Assembly: GCA_027066995.1 (NCBI GenBank)
Contig: JAMOMQ010000166.1
Coordinates: forward strand, 192 to 64,191
From: Flavobacteriales bacterium
GTDB taxonomy: Bacteria; Bacteroidota; Bacteroidia; Flavobacteriales; Flavobacteriaceae
Length of the DNA: 64,000 bases
Direction: 5' to 3'
The notes under the pieces were generated by a model that saw nothing but the letters and a program-made list of their open reading frames with translations, made no database searches and had not been told where the DNA came from. The translations under genes were made by a program, and so were the position numbers. Of this stretch, positions 38,718 to 47,144 are shown piece after piece; position 1 is the first letter of the stretch, and each line of letters opens with the position of its first letter.

Positions 38718-39668
38718 ATGATAAAAAAATTAATTCTCTTTTCCGGTTTACTTTTGTCTCAGATATTTTATGCACAAAATATATTGGGTATAGATGTGTC
38801 ACATCATCAAGGTTCTATTAACTGGACACTGGTAGCTAACGACGGTAAAGTTTTTGCTTATTGTAAATCTACCGAAGGTTTTACTTATGACGATCCCAAT
38901 TTTCAAACTTATATGACCAACGGACACAATGCCGGTGTGGTTATGGGTGCCTACCATTTTGCCCGTCCCGATAACAATAGTGCTATTGATGAAGCCAATC
39001 ATTTCTTGTCTGTAGCGGGTAATTATATCGGTGACGGCTACTTACCGCCGGTATTGGACTTTGAAGATCCTAACACATCTACACATTTGGATCAAATATA
39101 CAGCTCACAAGGATTGACCAATTGGATACAAACTTGGCTTAACAGAGTTGAAAGCGTCTCCGGTGTTAAACCTGTTATCTATACAAACAGCCATTATGCC
39201 AATTTTTTACAGAGTTCTTTAAATACTTATGGTTTGTGGATAGCCAAACCCGGCACCAGCCCCACTACACCTCCTACCAATATGGGAATTTGGAATGATT
39301 GGCAATTTAAACAATACTCATGGCAAGGTAATGTCAACGGCATATCCGGTTATGTCGATTTAGATGTTTTTAACGGCACAACTTCAGACTTCCTTAATTT
39401 AACGGCTCTTGACAATTTTACACAACAACCACTAAATATTTATCCCAATCCCGTTGAAAATATATTAAATTTAAAATTTGAAAATAATTTAACAATCAAG
39501 CAGTTGGATATTTATGACAGCAATGGCCGGTTGATAAAAAGCTTTTCCGGAAATTATAGCCAAATACCTGTAAATTCATTACAGCCAGGTTTTTATATTT
39601 TACATATCCAGACAAAAAATGGCAGAGATTTCAGACTCAAATTTATAAAAAAACAAGGCGTTTTATAA
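38718..39668 (+). CDS. GH25 muramidase (lysozyme) with a T9SS C-terminal sorting domain
   Basis: GIDVSHHQGSINW ... AYCKSTEG ... GAYHFARP is typical of GH25. C-terminal LNIYPNPVENILNL ... GFYILHIQTKNG ... KFIKK is a T9SS CTD. Confidence 0.85.
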   Translation: MIKKLILFSGLLLSQIFYAQNILGIDVSHHQGSINWTLVANDGKVFAYCKSTEGFTYDDPNFQTYMTNGHNAGVVMGAYHFARPDNNSAIDEANHFLSVAGNYIGDGYLPPVLDFEDPNTSTHLDQIYSSQGLTNWIQTWLNRVESVSGVKPVIYTNSHYANFLQSSLNTYGLWIAKPGTSPTTPPTNMGIWNDWQFKQYSWQGNVNGISGYVDLDVFNGTTSDFLNLTALDNFTQQPLNIYPNPVENILNLKFENNLTIKQLDIYDSNGRLIKSFSGNYSQIPVNSLQPGFYILHIQTKNGRDFRLKFIKKQGVL

Positions 39669-39806
39669 ACCCGTTCTTTCCTGTTTTTTAAATACTAAAT
39701 TTAAAATGATAACATTTGCTTATTTATATTTAACCTTAACTAAGGTCAAATAATTTTTTTATATTTTTATACATCAAAATATCTCTAATAAAAAAAAACA
39801 AATCTC

Positions 39807-41378
39807 ATGAAAAACAAAATCCTTATAAACTTATTATTATTAATTGGTGTTCAATTGACTTTTAGCCAAAATAAAATTGATAATATCCAATTAAAATGGA
39901 GTCCGGTATTTAATGATCATAGAATGAATGCTTTTAAATATCTCGGAAAAGATACTCAAAATAACATTTATTTCAATCAAAAAGATTTTACTTCAAAAAG
40001 CAATTTTACTTCAAATTTATCTACTAAATTGAGCAAATTGAATAAAAATCTATTAAAAAAAGATTATAAAGTTAAGTTCGATAAAAAAACATATCCCATA
40101 TTTATGTTAATGTTGAATAAAGAATTGCACCTTATTTCAACAACAAAAGACAAAGAAAGACAAAAAACATTTTTTATAGATCAAACTATAAATAAAAAAT
40201 CTTTTAATGTAAGTAAGCAACAATCAAAATTAATTGAAATAGATTTTAAAAATGATAAAAAATATATCCTGTCCGATATTAAACATTATTTTTCGCCGGA
40301 TTCTACCAAACTATTAATTAAATATGTTTTTTCCGGAAAAGGAAAAGAAAAATTTTATCTTGGTTTACATGTTTTTGATACTAACTTGAACAAGTTGTGG
40401 GGGAAAAAAATACAGATGCCTGTCGTAAAAAGATATTTTAAGCTACTTGATTTCAAAGTTGATAATGACGGAAAAGTATTTGTATTAGGAAAAGTATACA
40501 AGAACAACAGAAAAAATGATTATTACCGTAAGAAAAAGAACTTCTATTTAACGGTTCTTGCCTATAATAATGGAAGCAAAATGAAAGAATATAAAATTAA
40601 CGGCCATCAAAATTTATTTGATGCTAAACTCAAAATCGGTAATGATTCAAACCTTATAATTAGTGGTCTTTATTCCAAAGATAAGTCTTTAGGTGCAGAC
40701 GGTTATTTTTTTATGAAGATAGACACTAAACAACAAAAAGTGTTATATAACAAATACGAAAAATTTAACTTGGACTTACTAACGGAAGGAATGGATGAAA
40801 AGGAAAAAAAGAAAACATTAAAATTAATTAAAAAAGATAAATTCAAAGGTTTGGAACACCAAATCATTAAAAATGTCGTAGCAAAACCTGATGGTGGTGT
40901 TATTATTTTTTCAGAATATAATCACTTTGAAGAGTCTTTAAATTTTTACAAGTATGGCACTTTTGATAAAAATGGGACTAAAGAGTTAAGTTTTTCGTAT
41001 GGTAATATTTTAATTTTAAATCTTGACGAAAAAGGAAATATTATTTGGCATAAGACTATTAATAAATTTCAATACGCAGAAAATCTATATATTAATGAAG
41101 CTATGTCTTTTATGGTGATTGATCGCAAAGATAAAATTTACATTATCTATAATGGTAAAGGAAAAACGCATAGAAAAAAAGATGCTATTACTAAGTTAAA
41201 AATAATTGATAAAGCTGACGGATCAGTTGACACCAAAGTATTATTTAAAATGAAAGATAAAAAAGTTTTGTTCATACCCAAGTTTAGTATAAAAATTGAT
41301 AAAGACGAATATATACTTGTTAACCATAATAAAGCAAAAAAATCTTATAGGTATGCAAAACTAAAATTTGTGGATTAG
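39807..41378 (+). CDS. Secreted Lys/Asn-rich hypothetical protein (AT-rich orphan)
   Basis: Signal peptide. 523 aa, very Lys-rich. Recurrent D-G-K/G-hydrophobic beta-strand patterns suggest a repeat/propeller-like fold. Noticeably more AT-rich than its neighbours (by eye). Confidence 0.6.
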   Translation: MKNKILINLLLLIGVQLTFSQNKIDNIQLKWSPVFNDHRMNAFKYLGKDTQNNIYFNQKDFTSKSNFTSNLSTKLSKLNKNLLKKDYKVKFDKKTYPIFMLMLNKELHLISTTKDKERQKTFFIDQTINKKSFNVSKQQSKLIEIDFKNDKKYILSDIKHYFSPDSTKLLIKYVFSGKGKEKFYLGLHVFDTNLNKLWGKKIQMPVVKRYFKLLDFKVDNDGKVFVLGKVYKNNRKNDYYRKKKNFYLTVLAYNNGSKMKEYKINGHQNLFDAKLKIGNDSNLIISGLYSKDKSLGADGYFFMKIDTKQQKVLYNKYEKFNLDLLTEGMDEKEKKKTLKLIKKDKFKGLEHQIIKNVVAKPDGGVIIFSEYNHFEESLNFYKYGTFDKNGTKELSFSYGNILILNLDEKGNIIWHKTINKFQYAENLYINEAMSFMVIDRKDKIYIIYNGKGKTHRKKDAITKLKIIDKADGSVDTKVLFKMKDKKVLFIPKFSIKIDKDEYILVNHNKAKKSYRYAKLKFVD

Positions 41379-41390
41379 ATTTTATTTTTT
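41251..41390 (+). repeat. Direct repeat copy 1 (last 126 nt of the orphan gene plus 12 nt downstream)
   Basis: 140 bp, identical to 41817..41956 except for 2 substitutions. Confidence 0.95.
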
Positions 41391-41816
41391 CCTGTTTTCA
41401 ACAATAGGTCACCTAATAAATATAGGTATAGACTATTCTATATTTAATAATACGAAAAAGGAAGCTAACATAAATAAAATTTAACGACAATCACGTTAGA
41501 AGCAGCAATACCCATAAGAGGTTCTTGCGTTAAATTTATGATTTTTGAAACGTTAAAGGCTCTGCTGTTCGAAGTGTCCGAAGGCACGTAGGGCACAAGT
41601 TCAGAGCATTTAGTGGAAAAAATCTATAAATTTAGCAAGGTTCTCTTAAGGTGTCCTTTTTTGCTACTTTTTTGGACAAGCAAAAAAGTTGAATAAAATA
41701 TAAGTTGAATAAAATACAAATTAAAATAATCGGGTCACCAAAAATATATAAATAATATTAAATAGCTATTTTTTAGCAACTTACAGAAACTATATTAAAA
41801 TCATGTCGAAAACAGG
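41391..41816 (+). mobile_element. 426-bp non-coding insert bounded by 11-bp terminal inverted repeats (MITE-like or remnant integrative element)
   Basis: The left end cctgttttcaa and the right end tcgaaaacagg (reverse complement cctgttttcga) sit exactly at the junctions with the two 140-bp direct repeats. No ORF of 60 aa or more. Confidence 0.4.
41505..41690 (+). ncRNA. Candidate structured RNA (long imperfect hairpin plus a terminator-like hairpin)
   Basis: 41512-41546 pairs with 41618-41651 (~31 bp). It has G-U pairs on the plus strand that would be C-A mismatches on the minus strand. Inner hairpin gtgtc-cgaa-ggcac. Distal hairpin cttttttgc / gcaaaaaag at 41656-41688. Confidence 0.35.
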
Positions 41817-41956
41817 TGAAAGATAAAAAAGTTTTGTTTATACCCAAGTTTAGTATAAAAATTGATAAAGACGAATATATACTTGTTAGCCATAATAAAG
41901 CAAAAAAATCTTATAGGTATGCAAAACTAAAATTTGTGGATTAGATTTTATTTTTT
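41817..41956 (+). repeat. Direct repeat copy 2 (orphan copy of the gene 3' end)
   Basis: Matches 41251..41390. The substitutions are ttc>ttt (synonymous) and aac>agc. Confidence 0.95.
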
Positions 41957-42112
41957 TAATTCATTTAACCATACCTAAATTTACATAATAAGATTTATAC
42001 AGTCATTTTAAGATGTTTTGATTGTGTAAAATTGTTGCCGGGTAGTATCACTAATTATTAAGTCATTTAGTTATTGCAACAAACTTATTCTTTTAAAACA
42101 AACAGCTTATAA

Positions 42113-42146
42113 AAAAACGAGTGGCCATGGCCACTCGTTTTTTATC
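42113..42146. terminator. Bidirectional rho-independent terminator
   Basis: aaaaaaacgagtggcc-at-ggccactcgtttttt, a perfect palindromic stem. Confidence 0.9.
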
Positions 42147-42163
42147 CCTATAAATGTTTATGT

Positions 42164-44230
42164 TTATTTCACCACCACATTGTCCACTCTATAAGTAGAC
42201 GTACTGTTAGGATTATCTCCGCCTACATATTTAAAGGCTATATAAACCGTTTGACCGGCATAGGCTGACAAATCAATATCACCGGAATTAATCCAAGCAT
42301 GATTAGGATCGGAATTGGTAGCAATACGGGCGTTTAAAGGTTGCCAAGTGGCACCTGCCACATCTACACCGTTAAAGTCTGTCGAAATCCAAACACTTAA
42401 TGCATCGTGTTTCCAATAGGCTTTGGCCGTATCAAAATTTAAAACACTATTGCCGGACACTTGTATGCCGGGAGACACCAACCAACTGATATTAATACTT
42501 TCTCCGGATTGATAAGCATTCATTTCGGCATAATGGTTAACTGCATTGCTATAAAAACCTCCCAACCAAGGACGACTTCCGGCTTCAGTATAATTAGTCC
42601 ATCCGGACAAATCAATAGGTTCTCTTTTAACCACACTACCAAAACTTTCCATCAGTTTTTCGGCATTGCATCGTGTCTGTTGCAAGTCAAAATCTTGAAT
42701 ATTTCTGATATAAATTTGATAATCACCGTTATAAATACCCAATATACCTGTCACCGTTCCATTGCCTGAGGGTGTATGTGCATCGGCAAAAAGTGCATAA
42801 CCGCTGGTTCTGACTATAACATCATCACCATTACAGTCTTTCAAAATACGATTGGCACTCTTAGGATGACGTGGATAATTATCACTGTCTGAAAAAGCCA
42901 ATTGTTCTCCAACATCTTTATATTTAAATTGCACATTAGTAACTTTTACCAGTTTACCCAAGTCTTCCAAATTAAAATCGGTCAAATCTTTAAGTTCGGG
43001 CACCGGATCAGCGGTTTCGTCCAATACAAACAAGTGGTCTTGATCTACATCATCGGTAATTCGCCCTATACCACCATTGTAAATACCTCCCAAAACATAT
43101 TCATCATATTTTTTGGCAATATATAAACCTTGTGCTTTAATACGCAGTTTGTTACCCACTTTATAACCTCTACGGTATAAATCTCTCATATTTAAACCTA
43201 TTTGTAAACCGCCTGTGGCATCTTGCACATATATTTTTTTATAGAAATTGCCAAATTCGTCATCAGCAGTAACCGTAACATCAAAAACCAAGTCATTGGT
43301 GATTTGCGTCAAGTTACCATTGGGCGATAAGGCTTTGATATCTGCAATAGTTGCATTGGCTTCTGCCGGTGGTGCACAATAATCGGCTGCTGTGGTGCCG
43401 TCACAACGGGCATCGGTAAACTGCACATCATTAGTGTCTCTAATGTATAATTGAAAATCGGAATTATATTTACTCAAAACAGCTACTATGGTGCCGTTAC
43501 CGGCAGGAATTTTTTGACCGGCAAAGTCGGCATAACCGCTGTTTCTCAAAATTATATCACGGCCAACACAATCTACAATGGTTTTATTGACACCGGAAAC
43601 GCCTTCATAAGCATAAGTAGAACATAAATCGGCTTGATCAAATTGCACATTGGTAAATCGCACCAAAGTATTGATATCATTTTCAGAAAAATTGGTCATA
43701 TCAACATCTTTAGGAACAATTTCAACCGGTGCATCACAAGACGGAATTAAGATATCCGGTATCTGACTGGGTGAAATACGACCGATACCGACACCTCCGT
43801 GGGTTAAAGTATAAGCTTTACCTAATTTATAAACTTCATGGTCTTTGGCAACAAACAAGCCTTTGGCTTTGACATATACTTTTTTACCAACGGGAAATTC
43901 GGTATACATATCTCTTTTGTCAACGGCAATACTGATACCGGCAGTCGGATTGTCAGGGCTGTCTTGTAAAACCAATGTAGTGTAAAAATTACCATGCTCG
44001 TCACTGGAAATAACATAGCCCGAAAATACCATGTCGGTGGTAATTTGTGTGATTTCTCCGGTAGGACTCAACGCCAATACATCACTGATGGTAGCATTGG
44101 TTGTAATATTTTCTGTTTGACATGCCACTTGGGGTTTATCCCAATTATCGTCATGCACACATGATGAAACCGCCATAACTCCCAGCAGTATCATCAGTGC
44201 TTTAAAATTATTTTTTAGTATATTTTTCAT
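42164..44230 (-). CDS. Surface lipoprotein with two tandem OB-like (DUF5689-like) modules and a C-terminal choice-of-anchor-J-like domain
   Basis: Lipobox AVSSCV. Two ~230-aa repeats (NATI.D..ALSP.G..TQIT.D.VF ... GNFY ... NVQF ... GNGT..G.L..YN.D.Q.YIR). The C-terminal TVYIAFKYVGG...YRVDNV resembles the N-domain of the 11193 protein. Confidence 0.6.
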   Translation of the reverse strand: MKNILKNNFKALMILLGVMAVSSCVHDDNWDKPQVACQTENITTNATISDVLALSPTGEITQITTDMVFSGYVISSDEHGNFYTTLVLQDSPDNPTAGISIAVDKRDMYTEFPVGKKVYVKAKGLFVAKDHEVYKLGKAYTLTHGGVGIGRISPSQIPDILIPSCDAPVEIVPKDVDMTNFSENDINTLVRFTNVQFDQADLCSTYAYEGVSGVNKTIVDCVGRDIILRNSGYADFAGQKIPAGNGTIVAVLSKYNSDFQLYIRDTNDVQFTDARCDGTTAADYCAPPAEANATIADIKALSPNGNLTQITNDLVFDVTVTADDEFGNFYKKIYVQDATGGLQIGLNMRDLYRRGYKVGNKLRIKAQGLYIAKKYDEYVLGGIYNGGIGRITDDVDQDHLFVLDETADPVPELKDLTDFNLEDLGKLVKVTNVQFKYKDVGEQLAFSDSDNYPRHPKSANRILKDCNGDDVIVRTSGYALFADAHTPSGNGTVTGILGIYNGDYQIYIRNIQDFDLQQTRCNAEKLMESFGSVVKREPIDLSGWTNYTEAGSRPWLGGFYSNAVNHYAEMNAYQSGESINISWLVSPGIQVSGNSVLNFDTAKAYWKHDALSVWISTDFNGVDVAGATWQPLNARIATNSDPNHAWINSGDIDLSAYAGQTVYIAFKYVGGDNPNSTSTYRVDNVVVK

Positions 44231-44249
44231 TATTCAATATTTTTATTAA

Positions 44250-46985
44250 TTAAAATCTGACACTTAATTGGACATAATAGGTGCGTCCGTAACCATACCA
44301 GTATTTATTACCGAAAACCGGTGTCGTATTGACAACTTTATCTTGGTAATATTCGGGGAAAGAAGCTTTTCTCGATTGTTCAAAACCACCTGTTCTTGCA
44401 GCGGTATCCAAAGCATTGGTCATAACGGCAAACAAGCCGATATAATATTTTTTGATTTTCCAGGATTTACCACCAACAAAATTAAGATGGAAAAAATCTT
44501 CAAGTTGTTCTTGCTCCCATACCTCTGCCAAAGTTTCGTCGTTTACACCGGGATAGGCTTCATTTAAGATAGGATCGGTATAAAACTGTTCTGTTCTGAT
44601 CAAAGGCGACACCGATACATAATTTTGATTGTAATAGTTCAGGTTAGCCCCGATAAACCAATAATGCGGATCGCGGTATTCCAAGCCCAAAGTATAAGCT
44701 TCTTGCGGGCCATTGGCTACCTTATAATCCGTTAATAAACTCTTTCCTTGATATTGGGCGTCAAATACATCCGATGCTAAATACAAATCGGGATTATTGC
44801 GGTAAGTATGCACACCGTAAGTAGCTGCAAAACTGGCTTTAACGGTAGGTGACAATTGCGCCTCCAAGCCAAACTCTACTCCTCTGTGTGCTTTATCCTC
44901 ATTGGTTAAAATTTGCGTCACAAAATAGCTGGCAACATTATTACCCAAATTAACGTTTTGTGCATAATAACGACTGATTTCGGTTGCTTGACTAACATAA
45001 TAGTAATAAGCCGATAAGCGTGCTTTGACCAATGACGAACGGAAAATATAACTGGCATCCAAACCGGTCATTTTTTCATTTTTAATATCCGGTGTAATTT
45101 CGTTGTTGACACGTGCATTATAAAATACGTTTTTCCATTCGGGCGCTTGAGAAGTGCTGGCAAAATGCATGTCAATCAAATGTTTACCCGAAAACTTAAA
45201 GGTTGCCCCTAATTTTAAACCGTAATTTGTAAAATCCACTTTGTCACTTTTACCATAAGAATTATCTTCAAACAAACCGTTTTTAAATAAACCTTCTCTT
45301 TGATAAGAGGTCATACCATAACTACCGGTTACAAAGAAGTCAATTTTTTTGCCGGACACTTGCACTTGTGCAAAAGTTTTTAAATCGTTGCCCAAAAGAT
45401 TAAAATCATAATAGAACTTATCATCTACACCAACATTGGGATTGCTGTCAAGCAGGTTATAAGACTTATTGGTATATTGATCAATGTTCAAAGCATATTG
45501 GCTACCCATCAAATCACGCATTTTGGCATAACCTTCATTGGTGTAATTTTTATACTGAACACCGGCGTTTAAAACGATGTTATCTTTTAAGACTCTGTCG
45601 TAAATACTGCTAAAAGTAATCACTTGGTCGTCTATACGATCGTCATACCAAAAATAGCGGGCGGCACCATTATAGTTTTCATTGATGGCATACAAACTGT
45701 TCCAGTCAATTTGTCCGTTTGCCAAAAAATCTTCTTTGGCATAATAAGCTTGTACCGGATCATTTTTTGCTTCCCAATAACTGGGCAAATAACGGTAATA
45801 AGTCGGATCAGGATTGGGTGCATTATAATATTGCAAACGACTGTTGGCCGTATAGCCTTTTTGAAAAGCAATATTGGTTTGCAAATCCGATTTATCATCT
45901 ATGGTCCAGTAATGACTTAAAATGGCTGTAGGTTCAAATATGCGTTTAATACGGGCATTGCGTTGCTCACCGTCTTGATAGCCCCAATAAGAATTATATT
46001 TGGTGCCTTTCAAATCAAATACTTCTTGTGTTTGCGGTGCTGATTTACCGCGTCTGTTTGGTGTTACAAAAGCGGTTAAATTAATACTATGCTTATTATT
46101 CAATTTTTTTTCAGCTGCAACAAATATACTGTTAGCATCGTAAAAAGTGCCTTCAAAATGTCCTTCTTGCGCCCAACGACGGGAAGCCGATACAGCAAAA
46201 GCCCAACCGTTTGACATCAAACCGGTGGCATAACTTCCCATAACTCTGTTACGATAACTACGATTAGTAGCTGCATAAGACAATTTTTTGGTAGCTCTGA
46301 TTTGAGAAGCTCTCAAAACAAAATTGGTTGTACCTAATAAACCTCCAAAATTATAATCGGAAGCCGACATACCTTTATAGGTTTCCCTGTTACGCAGCAT
46401 ATCATTCAAACCGCCCCACTCACTCCATTGCGGTCTGTAATCATAAGCTTTATTCATCTCTACACCATTCATTAATACGGAACTGTATTTAGAATCCAAC
46501 CCGCGCAATTTGAAACGTGCCGAACTAAATTGATAAGACACCGCCCGTTCAAAAACATCGGAAGATGCTTGCAACAAACCGGAAATATTTTCCGAACCCG
46601 AATTGTCATCACTTAAGTTTTCATCATCCAAACTGATAATACCTTGTTCTTCAATGTCGGAAATGGCAGGTATTAAGATTATACTGCCCAAATCGGTTTC
46701 TAATCCTTTAACAATTACCACAGGCATCTGCTGCTTGTCATATCCGGGATGATCAATCACCAGAATTTGTTCTCCGGTTGGCACTAATGTAATTTCAAAA
46801 GCACCTTGAACATCAGTAGTTCGCTGTTTATCTGAATTTAAAATTTTAACCACAACCCCACTCATGGGTTTTCCGGTATCGGCATCAATTATAATTCCTT
46901 TGACACTTCCGGTTTCTTTTTGTGCATACGTTATAGAAACCAAGAGCAAAAGAATTAAACTTATAAACTTGTTTAATTTTTGCAT
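44250..46985 (-). CDS. TonB-dependent receptor with an N-terminal carboxypeptidase-regulatory-like domain
   Basis: Start moved to MQKLNKFISLILLLL (ATG at 46985). GSVKGIIIDADTGKPMSGVVVKI is a CarbopepD_reg-like stretch. Long barrel with a terminal YVQLSVRF. Confidence 0.85.
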   Translation of the reverse strand: MQKLNKFISLILLLLVSITYAQKETGSVKGIIIDADTGKPMSGVVVKILNSDKQRTTDVQGAFEITLVPTGEQILVIDHPGYDKQQMPVVIVKGLETDLGSIILIPAISDIEEQGIISLDDENLSDDNSGSENISGLLQASSDVFERAVSYQFSSARFKLRGLDSKYSSVLMNGVEMNKAYDYRPQWSEWGGLNDMLRNRETYKGMSASDYNFGGLLGTTNFVLRASQIRATKKLSYAATNRSYRNRVMGSYATGLMSNGWAFAVSASRRWAQEGHFEGTFYDANSIFVAAEKKLNNKHSINLTAFVTPNRRGKSAPQTQEVFDLKGTKYNSYWGYQDGEQRNARIKRIFEPTAILSHYWTIDDKSDLQTNIAFQKGYTANSRLQYYNAPNPDPTYYRYLPSYWEAKNDPVQAYYAKEDFLANGQIDWNSLYAINENYNGAARYFWYDDRIDDQVITFSSIYDRVLKDNIVLNAGVQYKNYTNEGYAKMRDLMGSQYALNIDQYTNKSYNLLDSNPNVGVDDKFYYDFNLLGNDLKTFAQVQVSGKKIDFFVTGSYGMTSYQREGLFKNGLFEDNSYGKSDKVDFTNYGLKLGATFKFSGKHLIDMHFASTSQAPEWKNVFYNARVNNEITPDIKNEKMTGLDASYIFRSSLVKARLSAYYYYVSQATEISRYYAQNVNLGNNVASYFVTQILTNEDKAHRGVEFGLEAQLSPTVKASFAATYGVHTYRNNPDLYLASDVFDAQYQGKSLLTDYKVANGPQEAYTLGLEYRDPHYWFIGANLNYYNQNYVSVSPLIRTEQFYTDPILNEAYPGVNDETLAEVWEQEQLEDFFHLNFVGGKSWKIKKYYIGLFAVMTNALDTAARTGGFEQSRKASFPEYYQDKVVNTTPVFGNKYWYGYGRTYYVQLSVRF

Positions 46986-47144
46986 TGTAATACGATTTTT
47001 ATTTTTATTTGATTCTCCTGCAAACTTACATCTTTTTTTGATATTTATTTTGTAATTTTGACAGGTTTTACAAAAATAAACCGCCTTTTCTTTTGCAAAA
47101 AGATACATTATATTATAACGACAGATTTATTAAAAAAAAGAACA

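Noticed and set aside
41539-41592. 17-codon ORF (MIFETLKALLFEVSEGT) inside the hairpin region of the 426-bp insert.
   Set aside because: It lies entirely within predicted base-paired RNA or DNA. There is no evidence for translation, so the RNA-structure explanation is preferred.
46986-47144. N-terminal extensions of the ORF-track calls 44250..47108 and 47058..48227, which would make the two divergent genes overlap.
   Set aside because: Internal ATGs at 46985 and 47145 give canonical signal and lipoprotein N-termini. The extensions are ORF-caller artefacts in the shared promoter region.
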